From assembly GCA_040954595.2 (NCBI GenBank), contig CM082576.2, forward strand, positions 7,257,129 through 7,321,128: a DNA stretch of 64,000 nucleotides. The letters are read 5' to 3'. Position 1 is the stretch's first letter, and the number at the start of each line of letters is the position of its first letter. Made by a program: the position numbers and the translations under genes. The notes under the pieces were generated by a model that worked only from the letters and a program-made list of their open reading frames with translations, was not told the origin of the DNA and made no database searches. Source of the stretch: Balanoglossus misakiensis. Taxonomy: Eukaryota; Animalia; Hemichordata. Below, in pieces: positions 40,501-54,300 of the stretch.

Positions 40501-43500
40501 TAGACATATCCCTTCCAGGACTTGTGGTGAAGCGAAAATCCAGCACCAGTAGCAGCAGTAGCAGTTCTGAGAGTGAGGATGAAGACAAGCCTAAGAAAAA
40601 GCCTGATGTCTCTGGTGTGATCACTGTTGACTCACCAGAAATATCAGTGAAAGAACCAGATGTCGACAAACCAGAGCCTGTAGACATATCTCTTCCAGGA
40701 CTTGTGGTGAAGCGAAAATCCAGCACTAGCAGCAGCAGTAGCAGTTCTGAGAGTGAGGATGAAGACAAGCCTAAGAAAAAGCCTGATGTCTCTGGTGTGA
40801 TCACTGTTGACTCACCAGAAATATCAGTGAAAGAACCAGATGTCGACAAACCAGAGCCTGTAGACATATCTCTTCCAGGACTTGTGGTGAAGCGAAAATC
40901 CAGCACTAGCAGCAGCAGTAGCAGTTCTGAGAGTGAGGATGAAGACAAGCCTAAGAAAAAGCCTGATGTCTCTGGTGTGATCACTGTTGACTCACCAGAA
41001 ATATCAGTGAAAGAACCAGATGTCGACAAACCAGAGCCTGTAGACATATCTCTTCCAGGACTTGTGGTGAAGCGAAAATCCAGCACCAGTAGCAGCAGTA
41101 GCAGTTCTGAGAGTGAGGATGAAGACAAGCCTAAGAAAAAGCCTGATGTCTCTGGTGTGATCACTGTTGACTCACCAGAAATATCAGTGAAAGAACCAGA
41201 TGTCGACAAACCAGAGCCTGTAGACATATCTCTTCCAGGACTTGTGGTGAAGCGAAAATCCAGCACTAGCAGCAGCAGTAGCAGTTCTGAGAGTGAGGAT
41301 GAAGACAATCCTAAGAAAAAGCCTGATGTCTCTGGTGTGATCACTGTTGACTCACCAGAAATATCAGTGAAAGAACCAGATGTCGACAAACCAGAGCCTG
41401 TAGACATATCTCTTCCAGGACTTGTGGTGAAGCGAAAATCCAGCACCAGTAGCAGCAGTAGCAGTTCTGAGAGTGAGGATGAAGACAAGCCTAAGAAAAA
41501 GCCTGATGTCTCTGGTGTGATCACTGTTGACTCACCAGAAATATCAGTGAAAGAACCAGATGTCGACAAACCAGAGCCTGTAGACATATCTCTTCCAGGA
41601 CTTGTGGTGAAGCGAAAATCCAGCACTAGCAGCAGCAGTAGCAGTTCTGAGAGTGAGGATGAAGACAAGCCTAAGAAAAAGCCTGATGTCTCAGGTGTGA
41701 TCACTGTTGACTCACCAGAAATATCAGTGAAAGAACCAGATGTCGACAAACCAGAGCCTGTAGACATATCTCTTCCAGGACTTGTGGTGAAGCGAAAATC
41801 CAGCACCAGTAGCAGCAGTAGCAGTTCTGAGAGTGAGGATGAAGACAAGCCTAAGAAAAAGCCTTATGTCTCTGGTGTGATCACTGTTGACTCACCAGAA
41901 ATATCAGTGAAAGAACCAGATGTCGACAAACCAGAGCCTGTAGACATATCTCTTCCAGGACTTGTGGTGAAGCGAAAATCCAGCACCAGTAGCAGCAGTA
42001 GCAGTTCTGAGAGTGAGGATGAAGACAAGCCTAAGAAAAAGCCTGATGTCTCTGGTGTGATCACTGTTGACTCACCAGAAATATCAGTGAAAGAACCAGA
42101 TGTCGACAAACCAGAGCCTGTAGACATATCTCTTCCAGGACTTGTGGTGAAGCGAAAATCCAGCACCAGTAGCAGCAGTAGCAGTTCTGAGAGTGAGGAT
42201 GAAGACAAGCCTAAGAAAAAGCCTTATGTCTCTGGTGTGATCACTGTTGACTCACCAGAAATATCAGTGAAAGAACCAGATGTCGACAAACCAGAGCCTG
42301 TAGACATATCTCTTCCAGGACTTGTGGTGAAGCGAAAATCCAGCACCAGTAGCAGCAGTAGCAGTTCTGAGAGTGAGGATGAAGACAAGCCTAAGAAAAA
42401 GCCTTATGTCTCTGGTGTGATCACTGTTGACTCACCAGAAATATCAGTGAAAGAACCAGATGTCGACAAACCAGAGCCTGTAGACATATCTCTTCCAGGA
42501 CTTGTGGTGAAGCGAAAATCCAGCACCAGTAGCAGCAGTAGCAGTTCTGAGAGTGAGGATGAAGACAAGCCTAAGAAAAAGCCTGATGTCTCTGGTGTGA
42601 TCACTGTTGACTCACCAGAAATAACAGTGAAAGAACCAGAAATATCAGTGAAAGAACCAGATGTCGACAAACCAGAGCCTGTAGACATATCTCTTCCAGG
42701 ACTTGTGGTGAAGCGAAAATCCAGCACCAGTAGCAGCAGTAGCAGTTCTGAGAGTGAGGATGAAGACAAGCCTAAGAAAAAGCCTGATGTCTCTGGGGTG
42801 ATCACTGTTGAATCACCAGAAATATCAGTGAAAGAACCAGATGTCGACAAACCAGAGCCTGTAGACATATCCCTTCCAGGACTTGTGGTGAAGCGAAAAT
42901 CCAGCACTAGCAGCAGCAGTAGCAGTTCTGAGAGTGAGGATGAAGACAAGCCTAAGAAAAAGCCTGATGTCTCAGGTGTGATCACTGTTGACTCACCAGA
43001 AATATCAGTGAAAGAACCAGATGTCGACAAACCAGAGCCTGTAGACATATCTCTTCCAGGACTTGTGGTGAAGCGAAAATCCAGCACCAGTAGCAGCAGT
43101 AGCAGTTCTGAGAGTGAGGATGAAGACAAGCCTAAGAAAAAGCCTGATGTCTCTGGTGTGATCACTGTTGACTCACCAGAAATATCAGTGAAAGAACCAG
43201 ATGTCGACAAACCAGAGCCTGTAGACATATCCCTTCCAGGACTTGTGGTGAAGCGAAAATCCAGCACTAGCAGCAGCAGTAGCAGTTCTGAGAGTGAGGA
43301 TGAAGACAAGCCTAAGAAAAAGCCTGATGTCTCTGGTGTGATCACTGTTGATTCACCAGAAATAACAGTGAAAGAACCAGAAATATCAGTGAAAGAACCA
43401 GAAATAACAGTGAAAGAACCAGATGTCGACAAACCAGAGCCTGTAGACATATCTCTTCCAGGACTTGTGGTGAAGCGAAAATCCAGCACCAGTAGCAGCA

Positions 43501-45319
43501 GTAGCAGTTCTGAGAGTGAGGATGAAGACAAGACTAAGAAAAAGCTTGATGTCTCTGGTATGATCACTGTTGACTCACCAGAAATATCAGTGAAAGAACC
43601 AGATGTCGACAAACCAGAGCCTGTAGACATATCTCTTCCAGGACTTGTGGTGAAGCGAAAATCCAGCACTAGCAGCAGCAGTAGCAGTTCTGAGAGTGAC
43701 GATGAAGACAAGCCTAAGAAAAAGCTTGATGTCTCTGCTGTTATCACTGCTGAATCACCAGAAATAACAGTGAAAGAACCAGAAATATCAGTGAAAGAAC
43801 CAGATGTGCCAGATCTGTCTGGGATCTCTGTGAATGATTCTGAGGTAATAGAGCAAAGATCGCGAAGTGGCAGCAGTGCTAGTAGTGCTTCAAGCAGTGA
43901 TCAATCTGCTCATGCCGTGGGTAGTTACGATGTTAATTTACCTGAAAGTGAAATCCCATCAGGTGAATTCACCCTGAAGACAGGAGATGGACCCCAAATT
44001 ATTGATGTTGATATAAAACGGAGAGGAAGCAGTACTTCAGACAGTAGTGAATCTTTGAAGGGTGTTACTGTTACATATGAAGTGACACCAGAAGAAAATG
44101 CTGTAAGCCTGGATGGAGATGAAGACATTTCTATGCCCGTAAAAGAAAAAGAAAGTCGGAGCAGAAGTAGTAGTAGCAGCAGCAGCAGTAGTAGCAGCTC
44201 TGATGAAGAAAAATCCAGAAAGAAACACATCAAGATACCTGAAGTGGATATAGTCGAAAACAACAAAGGAGTGACAGTAGATATGAAAGATCTTCCTAAT
44301 GATGATGACATGCTTGTAAATGACAATACAGCTGCGGTGCAAGCTGACTTGCCAGAAGTCAGCCTGGATGGAAAAGATGTGAATGTCTTGGAGATAGGGG
44401 ACGATGAAAGCAAGAATGCTGGGAGTACAATTGCTATTTCAATTGGAGGTGCAAGTGTGGAAGAGATTCACCCTGAGCATGCTGCAGATGACAGAAGTGG
44501 GCCTGTCATAACTCCCGAGACCTTGGAGCCACACGTCGGTGACGGAACCAGCGATGATAAAGAGATCTCGCTGGAAGTCAAGAAAGTGGAACTAGATGCT
44601 GGTGACAAACACGAAAAAGAAGGGATTCTCCGAGGATTCAAGTTCTTTGGGAAGAAGAGTAAAGGCTCCAAATCCCCAAAATCAAAGACCGAGAAAGAAC
44701 CGAAAGAAAAGCACAACGAAAAGGAGAAACCTTCGAAGGAGAAAACAGGCCGTGGACTGTTTTTCAAAAGGAAACCCAAAGAAAGGAAAGACAGTCTTAA
44801 AAGCGAAAGTAGTGATGAAGAAGAAATAGAAAGCGAGAAGACAAAAAAGAAAAAAGAAAAATCGGGTGGCAGGAAGAAGCTGGGCGGTAAATCAAAGAAA
44901 AATGTCGATAAGCCGGCAGCTGAGATGGGTAAGGTGAGCATCGAAGCTTCACTGGATGGATCCATCGTTGTTGACGGTAATGCTGATGTTGAAGTACCGT
45001 TAGCCACTGCGATAGATAAGCCAAGTGCTGAATTGGAAACAAATATTGCCAAAATAACAATTCCTGAAGATGTTCGTGAGAATGATGAACATAAAGTCGA
45101 CAAACAATCACCGCCAACAACAGACGCTGAAGAAGGCGAAACAAAAGCAGTTACACCTGAAATTGGGATTCAGATATCAGGCAGCCTACAAGATGGGGAA
45201 CCTGAAAACGAAGTGCAGAAGACAGCTGTGGAGTTGGATTTGAGTAATCAACCAGAACCATCAGTTGAGTTCGAAGTTCCGTCGATGACTTTGAAGTCTG
45301 AAAGGCGATCTAGTACCTC

Positions 45320-45350
<31 letters not shown>

Positions 45351-48300
45351 TCAAGTAGCAGCAGTGACGATGACCACTCAGACAAAGTCAAATCAAAGGA
45401 AAGCAGAAAAGAAGTGGAAGAAATGACAGTCACTGCAGATGCAGTCAATCCAGATGTCTCAAACAAAGACTTTGATGACAAACTGGAGATGATGTTTGGT
45501 GGTTTCGGGATACTGAAACCAGAAGATCATGCGATAGATGCTGACAAATTAGACATTTCCTTGGTGATCGAGGAAGAACCGCTTTCTGATGCAGAAAGCA
45601 AAGAAATGGTGCCCAGAACATTAGTTGCAGAGTTTGTAGAAACCCCTGACAAAAAGATAAATGATGATGATGATTTAGATGATGTTTGGAATAGAATTAA
45701 TGCTCTAGAGAGCACTAAAGTTGAATTCAAATCAGAAGATCTTCCAGAGACTCAGGTAGTACACAAAGACAATATTACTTTTCAGGTGTCTGCTATGCCA
45801 AATCCAGAACTTGATGGTGCCGAAGGAGCAGAAAGACATCCCTTGACAATCAGTAATGATTCTGAAAATGTTATTACCAAAATGCATGAAAACGTACCTT
45901 TGGAATCTTTGCCTGTCGAAATTGACACAAAAGCAACAGTTAAGATTGAAACCTCAAAACAAGTTGAGCAAGCTCTTGAGGTTACCATGCCGACAATTGA
46001 GCTCATAGAAGTGGAAACTAGTAGGGAGGGAAATGTTGTTGTTGATGTTGTAAAATCCTCTTTTTCTCCAGAATCAGCAGAACGAGTAATGGAAGAAAAA
46101 CCACAAATGGCGACTGTAGAAAGCTTTGATGGTAATGGTAAGGTAAAAGCAAGTCCTGAAAAATCAGTATCGTTTGCACTGTCACACACAGAAATACCAT
46201 TGCACACACCTAGTACAGAGATATCAGAGCCACAATCTAATAATGATGAAACTGCCATTAGTGGAAATATTCAAATTACAAATGCAACAGATTCACCTCC
46301 TGCCGAAACTAAGCAGGAAGACCATAAAAACACAAAAGCAATTCCGGATGACAAGGAAGAATCCTGGACTGACATTGGGGAAATGTTGGGAAGTTTTTCC
46401 CTCCCGAAATTGGGCGATGAAGATGCTGATAATGAGAGAGAAGAGGTAGCAGATTCCAAGCGAGGTGATCACGAAGACGTTGCAGATGGAATACTGCCAG
46501 GTGCATCAGAGAAGAAAGAAGACTCTGGAATGGAAGTGGAGTTATCATTTGACCCGACACTGAAGAGCGTGGACATATCAACGGATGCGACGGATGTCGA
46601 CAGACCAGGTGCAGAAATTGAAACAACCCTAACAAATGATGATGGGACACCAGAACCACTTGTAGAAGCAGTTGTCGATCTCGCTGTGCCAGATGCCCAG
46701 AAGGCAAACGTTTCTGCAGACTTACAGCTTGACCATGCAATCAAACCTACTGAGGGTGACCACGATGAGGTCAACGATGTTGGTGCAGCCACTCAAACAA
46801 CTGAGGATCAACATAATCTTGAAGCTGACATCTCCACCCCGGAAGGAGGTATAGCCTTTGGTGTCAAAGCCGAAATACAAACACCAATACTTGCCACCGA
46901 TGTTCTTCCAGAAGGTACAGTAGACGAATCCAAGGAAGAGGACGACAAGGATCACGGCAAGAAATCAAAGAAGAAGAAAGGAAAGAAAGACAAAAAGGGC
47001 CACAAGAAAACCTCCAGCAAGGACATTGCACAGGCAGACCTACCTTCGCCTGAAGGTAAAGGGCAAGCGCATCACAAAGATGAAAAAGTAAAGAGTAAAG
47101 ACAAAAAGGAGAAGAAAGGAGGATTCATGAAACTGTTTAAAGGAAAAGACAAAGATCACTCCGATAAAACAGTTGGCGTGAGTGTGGAGACAGATAAAAA
47201 GGATACCGAAGATGCCATCAATGTAAACACCGAGACAAATATACCAGCCGCAGATGCAAGTCTGGAACTGCATGTAGATACTCTTCAAGCTGCTGAAGTG
47301 GATGCTGGGGCCAACGTAGACATCACAGATGGAAGCTTGGATGAGTCGCTACAACCAGTTGAAGGGACACTGTCATTGCATGTTGACATCAAACCCACTG
47401 ATGTGACTAAAGATAACGATGCAGAGAAAGAGGAGTCACCACAAGCAAACGTGGTCGAGGAGAAACCTGAACCTGAAAAAAGGCACAAGGAAAAGACGAA
47501 AAAACATGGAAAGCAGAAGAAAGATGTTGAAAAGCGACACAGTGGTGGCCTTTTCCGTTTTTTCTTCAAGCATGAAAAAGAGCCGAAAACATTGCCAGAA
47601 CCAGATGAGAGAGATACCGAGGGCCTAGAGGATGCAAAGCTTGATGACAATGAAAAAGAAGTTCCTGCTGATGGAAGTGGAATTCTTGAAGTAGGGATTC
47701 AACCAGCCGATATTCACACAGAATCGACACCACTGGATCTCGTGGCAGGTGGAAGCATCAGCATTGTAGCTGAGGGAGGCATAAAACTAGACATTGATAC
47801 ACAGTTACCCGAAACAGAGAAGAGTGAAAGTGTTGCTGAAGTGGACAAACCTGCATTGGACCAGGGAAGTGATGCTCAACCGCAAGAATCTGTCCCTGAA
47901 ATGGAGTATCCTGCTGTGGATGTCGACATTCCAACTGAAAAAGGGCCTGATGCCACTGAGATAGAGATAGATGTAAAACCACATCTGGCAGAGGAAGATC
48001 ACCCTGCTGTGACGTTGGACAATGTGGTTGAAGCTGATTTCCCTGTCCCACAGACGCTTGAACACGCCCCCGAAGCAGAAGTTGATTTGCACAAGCCTGA
48101 AGCTGACAGCAAGCCAGAAGGAAGTGTGACCGTGAAGCTTCCCACTGTTGATTTAAATGCTGATGCAGTGCTTACAGAAAATACAGGCAAACCTGCAGTG
48201 GAGCTGGATACTGATGTACAGACAACAGAGACTACCATAGACCTTCCAGCTGTGGACCATGGATCCGATGAAACACCCCGCATTGATATTGGAAGTGGCA

Positions 48301-51300
48301 ACGTCACAGTGCAAGTTGAAATTGGAATGCAACCAGAAAGTGGTGGGACTGAAATTTCAATTGTCCCCGAAGACAATCTTGACGGTAATGAGGAAGGCAA
48401 TGAGGATGTGGACTCTGATGGAATGACAGAAATGAAAGAACTCATAGAAAGCAGTTTTAACATTGCAGTTGAAAGCACACCTCCAGAAAAAGAAAGCGAA
48501 GATTTTGAAAATGTAACCGCAGATACCCAAATTGACAAACCTGATTTAGGACAAGATGATATCGTGCCCCAAGAAGTATCCAACGTTGAAGGCATGCCTA
48601 CTATCTCTTTGGAATTGGAAACTCCAGAAGGCACTCCTGCAGTCAGTGCATCAGGGGATGGAAAATTTGAAAACGAAGACGTACTTCAAGTGGATACAAC
48701 AGAAGAAGAACACGAAGACATCACCGAGGATGACGACAGACATACCGAACCACTTTCGGATGAGGCTGATCTGGGTGGAATTACAGTCTCTGGGCAGATT
48801 CCAGAGGTTGACTTTGAAGCAAGTGTAGAGAAGCCACAGATTGATGAAGGACCTGTAAGTTCAGAAGCTGTCGCTGCTGTGCCGGAGGATATAAAGTTGG
48901 ATCATGACATAAGTGACGTGGTGACTGCAGGCGATGAAGGGTCATCCACCAATTCTGAAAATGCAGAAGGTGTCAAAGTGTCAATCGTCATGCCACAGTT
49001 TCCCAAAGAAAAAGATTCCGACCACGAAGAAGCTGCCCCTGAAGAGAAACACGAGGGAGTGACTAAAGAAAAGAAGAAAAAGCAAAAAGGCTTGAAGAAA
49101 TTGTTTAAAAAACAGAAATCGCTTTCCAGAGATGAAGAACCATCAGTAGCTTTGCAGGGTGATGGTGCTATTGATGCAGCAATGCAGCCGCAGCAAGCAG
49201 AGGAACCAGGAACACCGCAGGTAGAAGATGCTACAGTGGCAGTAGAAATTAAACCACAGGGGGATGCTGACAGTGAAATTGAAAAGGCCAAAGAAAACAC
49301 AGCAGAAGAAATGCCAAGTGCGAAGAAAGAGAAAAGAGGCGTCTTCGCAAAATTCTTCAAGAAAAAGACGAAGGAAGAGAAACAAAAACGAAAGCGGACT
49401 GACTCGTCAAGTACCGAACACACTGAACATGGTGAAGATGACTTGGATTTATCTGGTTCTGATATACAAGAAATCCAACATCAAGAGCCAAAGGACAAGA
49501 AATCCAAGAAAAAGGAAGAAAAGAAAGATGGCAAAGGCTTGAAGGGATTCTTTTCAAAGAGAAAATCAAAGGACTTTTCTGTGGATGACTTAACACCTGA
49601 TGTAACACTTGGAGAGGATGACAATAAAAATAAAGCCGAAATAACTGTTCCTACAGATCAGGAATTGATCAAAAGCAACATGCCAGAGGAGACCATTACG
49701 CTAGAAGTAAGTTCTTCACCACACGAAATGACAATTGAAGCTGGGTCATTACCTGAAGAACAAGACACAAGTTTAGAACAACCGATCCAAGACTTGGAAC
49801 AGGCTACTCAAGACTTGAATCAGGAACCCAGGCATGAAGAAGAGGAGGCCGGGGTCAAAGTTCCTGTCGTTGAGATGACAACTGAAAGTGGAGCGGTCTC
49901 TTTAGAGGTGGAAATACCAGAAAATATTGAACCAGATAAGCCTCCTCCGCCTCCTCCACCAGATGAAGGCGATGCAGAAGAGCAAGACTCCGAACACGAA
50001 TTCCACAGACAGCATTTTTTAGCGGAAGCAGGTGGCACTGATCACATTTTCCCAGGGGATGTGCCACCTGTAAAGATCTCCATATCCCCTGGATTGTCAG
50101 CAGACGTACAATCAAGCGAAGAGTCACAGGCTGATTCCGAGACGCCGGTGATAGCTGACGAAGAAGTGGCAACCGTACCAAGAATGCAGTCGGTGGACAT
50201 CAAAGAGCCTGAACCTGCGCAAGGTTCGCAGGAAGATGATGACGCAGTCGGAGATGACTATAGACAAGAAGTTGGAACACCAGTGGAGTTGGGTGCCGAT
50301 ATTAGTGTGACTGATAATGCAGAATCGGTTGAATTACTGGAAGTTCTGGAATGTTCCATCCCCGAAGAATCAACAGTTGTGGCAAAACCTGAAGTAACTT
50401 ATAGCGAAAATAATGCGACTGAAGAATCCTTTGAAGTCAGTGAAACTAGCCCAGAAGAATGCGTCGTGATAACGCGGAACTTCAACTCTGAGTCTCTGCA
50501 AGTGGAATTGCAGCTACGACATGTCCAAAATGAAGAAGTAAAAGCAAACACTGTCACTATTTTACCAGCGGTAGTTGCCTTGGATAATAGCGAGATGGTG
50601 AAATCTCCTGAAGTACTAAAAGAACCATTTCCAGCCCTTACAGATACTAGTCAAGACTATGAAAATGCCACATCTTCTGTAGCAGATGCAAAAATGGAAG
50701 TTGATGCTGACGCTGAAATCAACGCACCCAAGATGGAAGTGGAGGAAGACCTAGTTAAAGAACAAGATGACATGACACTAGAAACACCAGTATGTATATC
50801 AGATACACTGGATGATGTTCAGAGTGCAGCCACTCCAGAGCAATTGAATTCGGAAAGTGAGGATCTCATCATATCACCAGATGATCACTCCATTACTGCG
50901 TCACCATTGAATGATGCAGAGGACATTCAAGAGGGCAAACCGTCACCCATTCTTATAGCACCACTGGACGCCACAGAGGACATCCAAGATGATGACCAGC
51001 CTCCTCCTGTTCCTACATCACCAATTCCTGACTTTGATGACGACGAGGATGATGTTCTGAGAGTGGAGTCCCTGGGAGAGCTGCAGTTAGAAGCACAGTC
51101 ACCACTCGATGCCATGCAGGTTGTTGAAGACAGCGACCAGCCTCCACCTGTGCCAACATCACCACTTCCAGATTCTGATTATGACACCCTGGCAATGGAC
51201 TCTCCAGACGACCAACTCTCAGAAGCATTATCAGACACCCCAGTGGCCACTAAGGAGTATGGAGTTCCATTCGAACATGCAGATGGTACACCAGAAGCAA

Positions 51301-54300
51301 TAACACAGGAGCAAAAGGTAATTGTAAATAAGAGATCTATCTCAGCTGGCCAAGATAATTACTTGTTTTCAAGTACGTAAATGACTTGAATCTTTTCTGG
51401 TGTAGGCTAATTCTTTGTTTCAGAGCATGTTTCATTTTCGAAGGGAAGCACCCATGTGAACCCCACAAAACTATGTTAAAAATATTGTTGGCAGATTGAA
51501 TGTCGATCATCACTATTCTGATGACAATAATATACTTAACACTACAGATAAAGTGGGTTTTACTTTATTACAGATGACGTTTCATATGGCCAGTGAAGTC
51601 CCAATTGTTGCAGTCGAATATCATGAAGTCGAGAACTTGCCACCAGTGCCACCTCCAGCTGACTTCCAGGATGATGTCATCGATGAAAGTGCACAAATAG
51701 ATACAACACGAGACAACGTCACTGACGAAGACAAAAGAGTACCACAAGCTGAAGCAAAAGAAACAACTACATTCACAACCCAGGTGACCAACAATGCTCT
51801 GCCGGATGACATTGACATTTTCTCCACCGGACGAGAATTCAACGTGCACTCGGGAGAAGTTGTAACAATGAGACTCCCAATGACATCCACGCCACAAGTG
51901 ACAGGACGAGACCAGGAGAACGTGGACACTGATGGCTTTGATGGTGCCGTTGATGAAACCTTGGCTGAAGTGTCATACACATCCACCTTAGTTACATACA
52001 CTGAAGCGTATCCAGATTTCAAAGACGGTGGCCAAGATGACCCAGCAGAATCCTCCAAGTTTGAACCACCTGAATCAGAGGAAGACATAGAACACAAAGA
52101 CACTTTGCAGATAGGAACAGACATTGTAGATAAAAACTACAACAACTTGGAGCAAGTTGAGGATTTAAAGAAGTCTCCCGCTGAAACTGGTCAAAGTACA
52201 ATGTTCACAGAACTCAACGACGAACTTGCCATCGAGCGTGCCTCCACTGAAAACCTTTTCATTGAAGATGTAACGGATGCACTTGATCCATATGATAAAG
52301 TTATTCAGACATTGGAATCAGCGAAGACAACAGAACAGAAACGGCCTTCAATGTCACTTGAACCCAGAAAATCAGATGCTCAACCAGGGCAAATCTCGTG
52401 GGCCTTGCAACAAAGTATCCTTGTCGAGAAAGATGATAATGTTGATGACAGTTCTGACACTGAGCACACGAACACCAACAATAATGCAAGAAGACCTGGA
52501 AGTCATAAAGGTAGCTACGACGTGCCACAAATCGAGGAAGACCCACAGCTAAGCAGCCAGTCTAAGAAGAAAGAGAAGAAAGGGTTCAAACTATTCGGTA
52601 TGACCAAGTCCACACCGAGTGAAAAACATAAAGATCAAAAAGCTGGTTTACCTAATGTCATTGAAACTACATCAGAAATTGCAGTGACCAGTGAGAGCAC
52701 TCCAGAAGACGGGCAGACTACTTTGGAAGTGACACCACAGTTGCATGCTGAACTCTCCCCGGCTGTAATTGCTGAAGACGACAAACAGTCAGACGTGGCA
52801 TCGACGGCATCGGGCAGTGTTCATGTTGACGCTGATAAGGTTCAAGACAAAGAAGCAAACATCGTTCACAACCAAAAGGCGCTCCCCGATGAAAAATCTA
52901 CGAAGAAGAAGGAGTCTAAAGGTGGTGCTCTCATGAGAATGTTCAAACGGAAGCAAGCAAAAGACGAGGACGCGCCAGGGGTCAAAAAGGATGAGAAGAA
53001 ATCCCAGAAAGTAAAGAAGGACAAGAAAGAAAAGAAGGAAGTTGTGCCACAGCAAAAGACCTTTGAAGAACCAACCAATAATAACAGCAACGTAACCGCA
53101 GTTCCTGTTGCTCGCCAAGAATTCGACAAGCCTACGGCCACACCAGTGAAAGACGGGGCACAGCCTATTCTGTATACCACAGGAGGGTCTGGTAACATTG
53201 CAAGCGTGAGACCAAGCTCCAAAAAGAAGAGAGCTCCTGCACCACCACAATCACCGACACTCCTTCTTGACAGCAACAAGCAGCATGTAGACCTCAGTGC
53301 AAACGCTTCAATTCAAGTCCCTGTTCAAGTTCAGGTTGAACACAGTCAACCAGAGATGCTGGAAGAAGCTGATGTGTCAGATGCACCTGTATCTGACAGT
53401 CATGAAAGTACTAAACAAGAGGTAGCAAGGAGGAAGAAACGGAAGGCACCCCTACCACCCTCTCGTAACAAACCCGAAGAAGCAGTAATAGCCGATGAAG
53501 TGACACCAGGTTCCAAACAAGCCTCGCCTAAGGTGCAGTTCAGTGTTGACTTTGAGCCTTTGACAATTCCTGATGAATATCTTGGAGAGAAGAAGGACCC
53601 CTTTACTGAAAGAAACGATCAAACAGCCAAGCCTGATCAAGGTGATGACGTATTTGATGGTAACCAAACAGAGGGAATGATGGGGACGACTGACAATTAT
53701 CAATCGGAAGCAACTGATTTATCAGAACCAACAGTTGATATGTCGGGTATCACCAAAGTTGTCCAAGACATGCCTCTTCCATGTGGCAGTCCACCACCAA
53801 AGCCTAAGAGATGGTCAGCTGATTTAGTTGGTGAGGATATGGAGAAAATTTTTGAGACTTTCCGCAACACACCTGTAGAGAAGCCCCCGGAAGAGGAGAA
53901 GTCAAGTAATGACTTATCTGCATCGTCACCTCCACTATCTCCAGTCGTACCATCAGAGCCCTCAGTGAGTCTTACTGTCTCGAATGTGTCTGAATCAACA
54001 CCAGATAAGCCTGTCGTGGATTTGCCTGCCACACCAGATTCATCATCAGTAGATAAGCCTGCAGAAGCCGAGATCCCAACAGAAGCCGAGATCCCAGAGC
54101 AGGCGCTAGAAGACTCCATCACAGTTGAACATGCTCCTGAGACACAGGCTGCAAATGACCCGCCACTTGATGAGACATCCACTGAGAGAGAAGACATGCT
54201 GCCGAAAAAAGACGACGATGAAAAACCTGACGAAGAAGACAGCAAAAGAGATGACGCAGATGAGGAAAACGTTCCCACTGAGGAGAAATCACCCCAAGAT

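Noticed and set aside
39806-43747. Long minus-strand ORFs (680, 114 and 447 aa) with poly-Leu stretches
   Set aside because: These are antisense shadows of the coding tandem repeat: AGC/AGT Ser runs read as Leu, and the ORFs break exactly where the sense CCTTAT variant creates a stop.
39918-43807. Regular repeat array as a CRISPR or satellite
   Set aside because: It has no unique spacers, and the units are in-frame parts of a eukaryotic exon.
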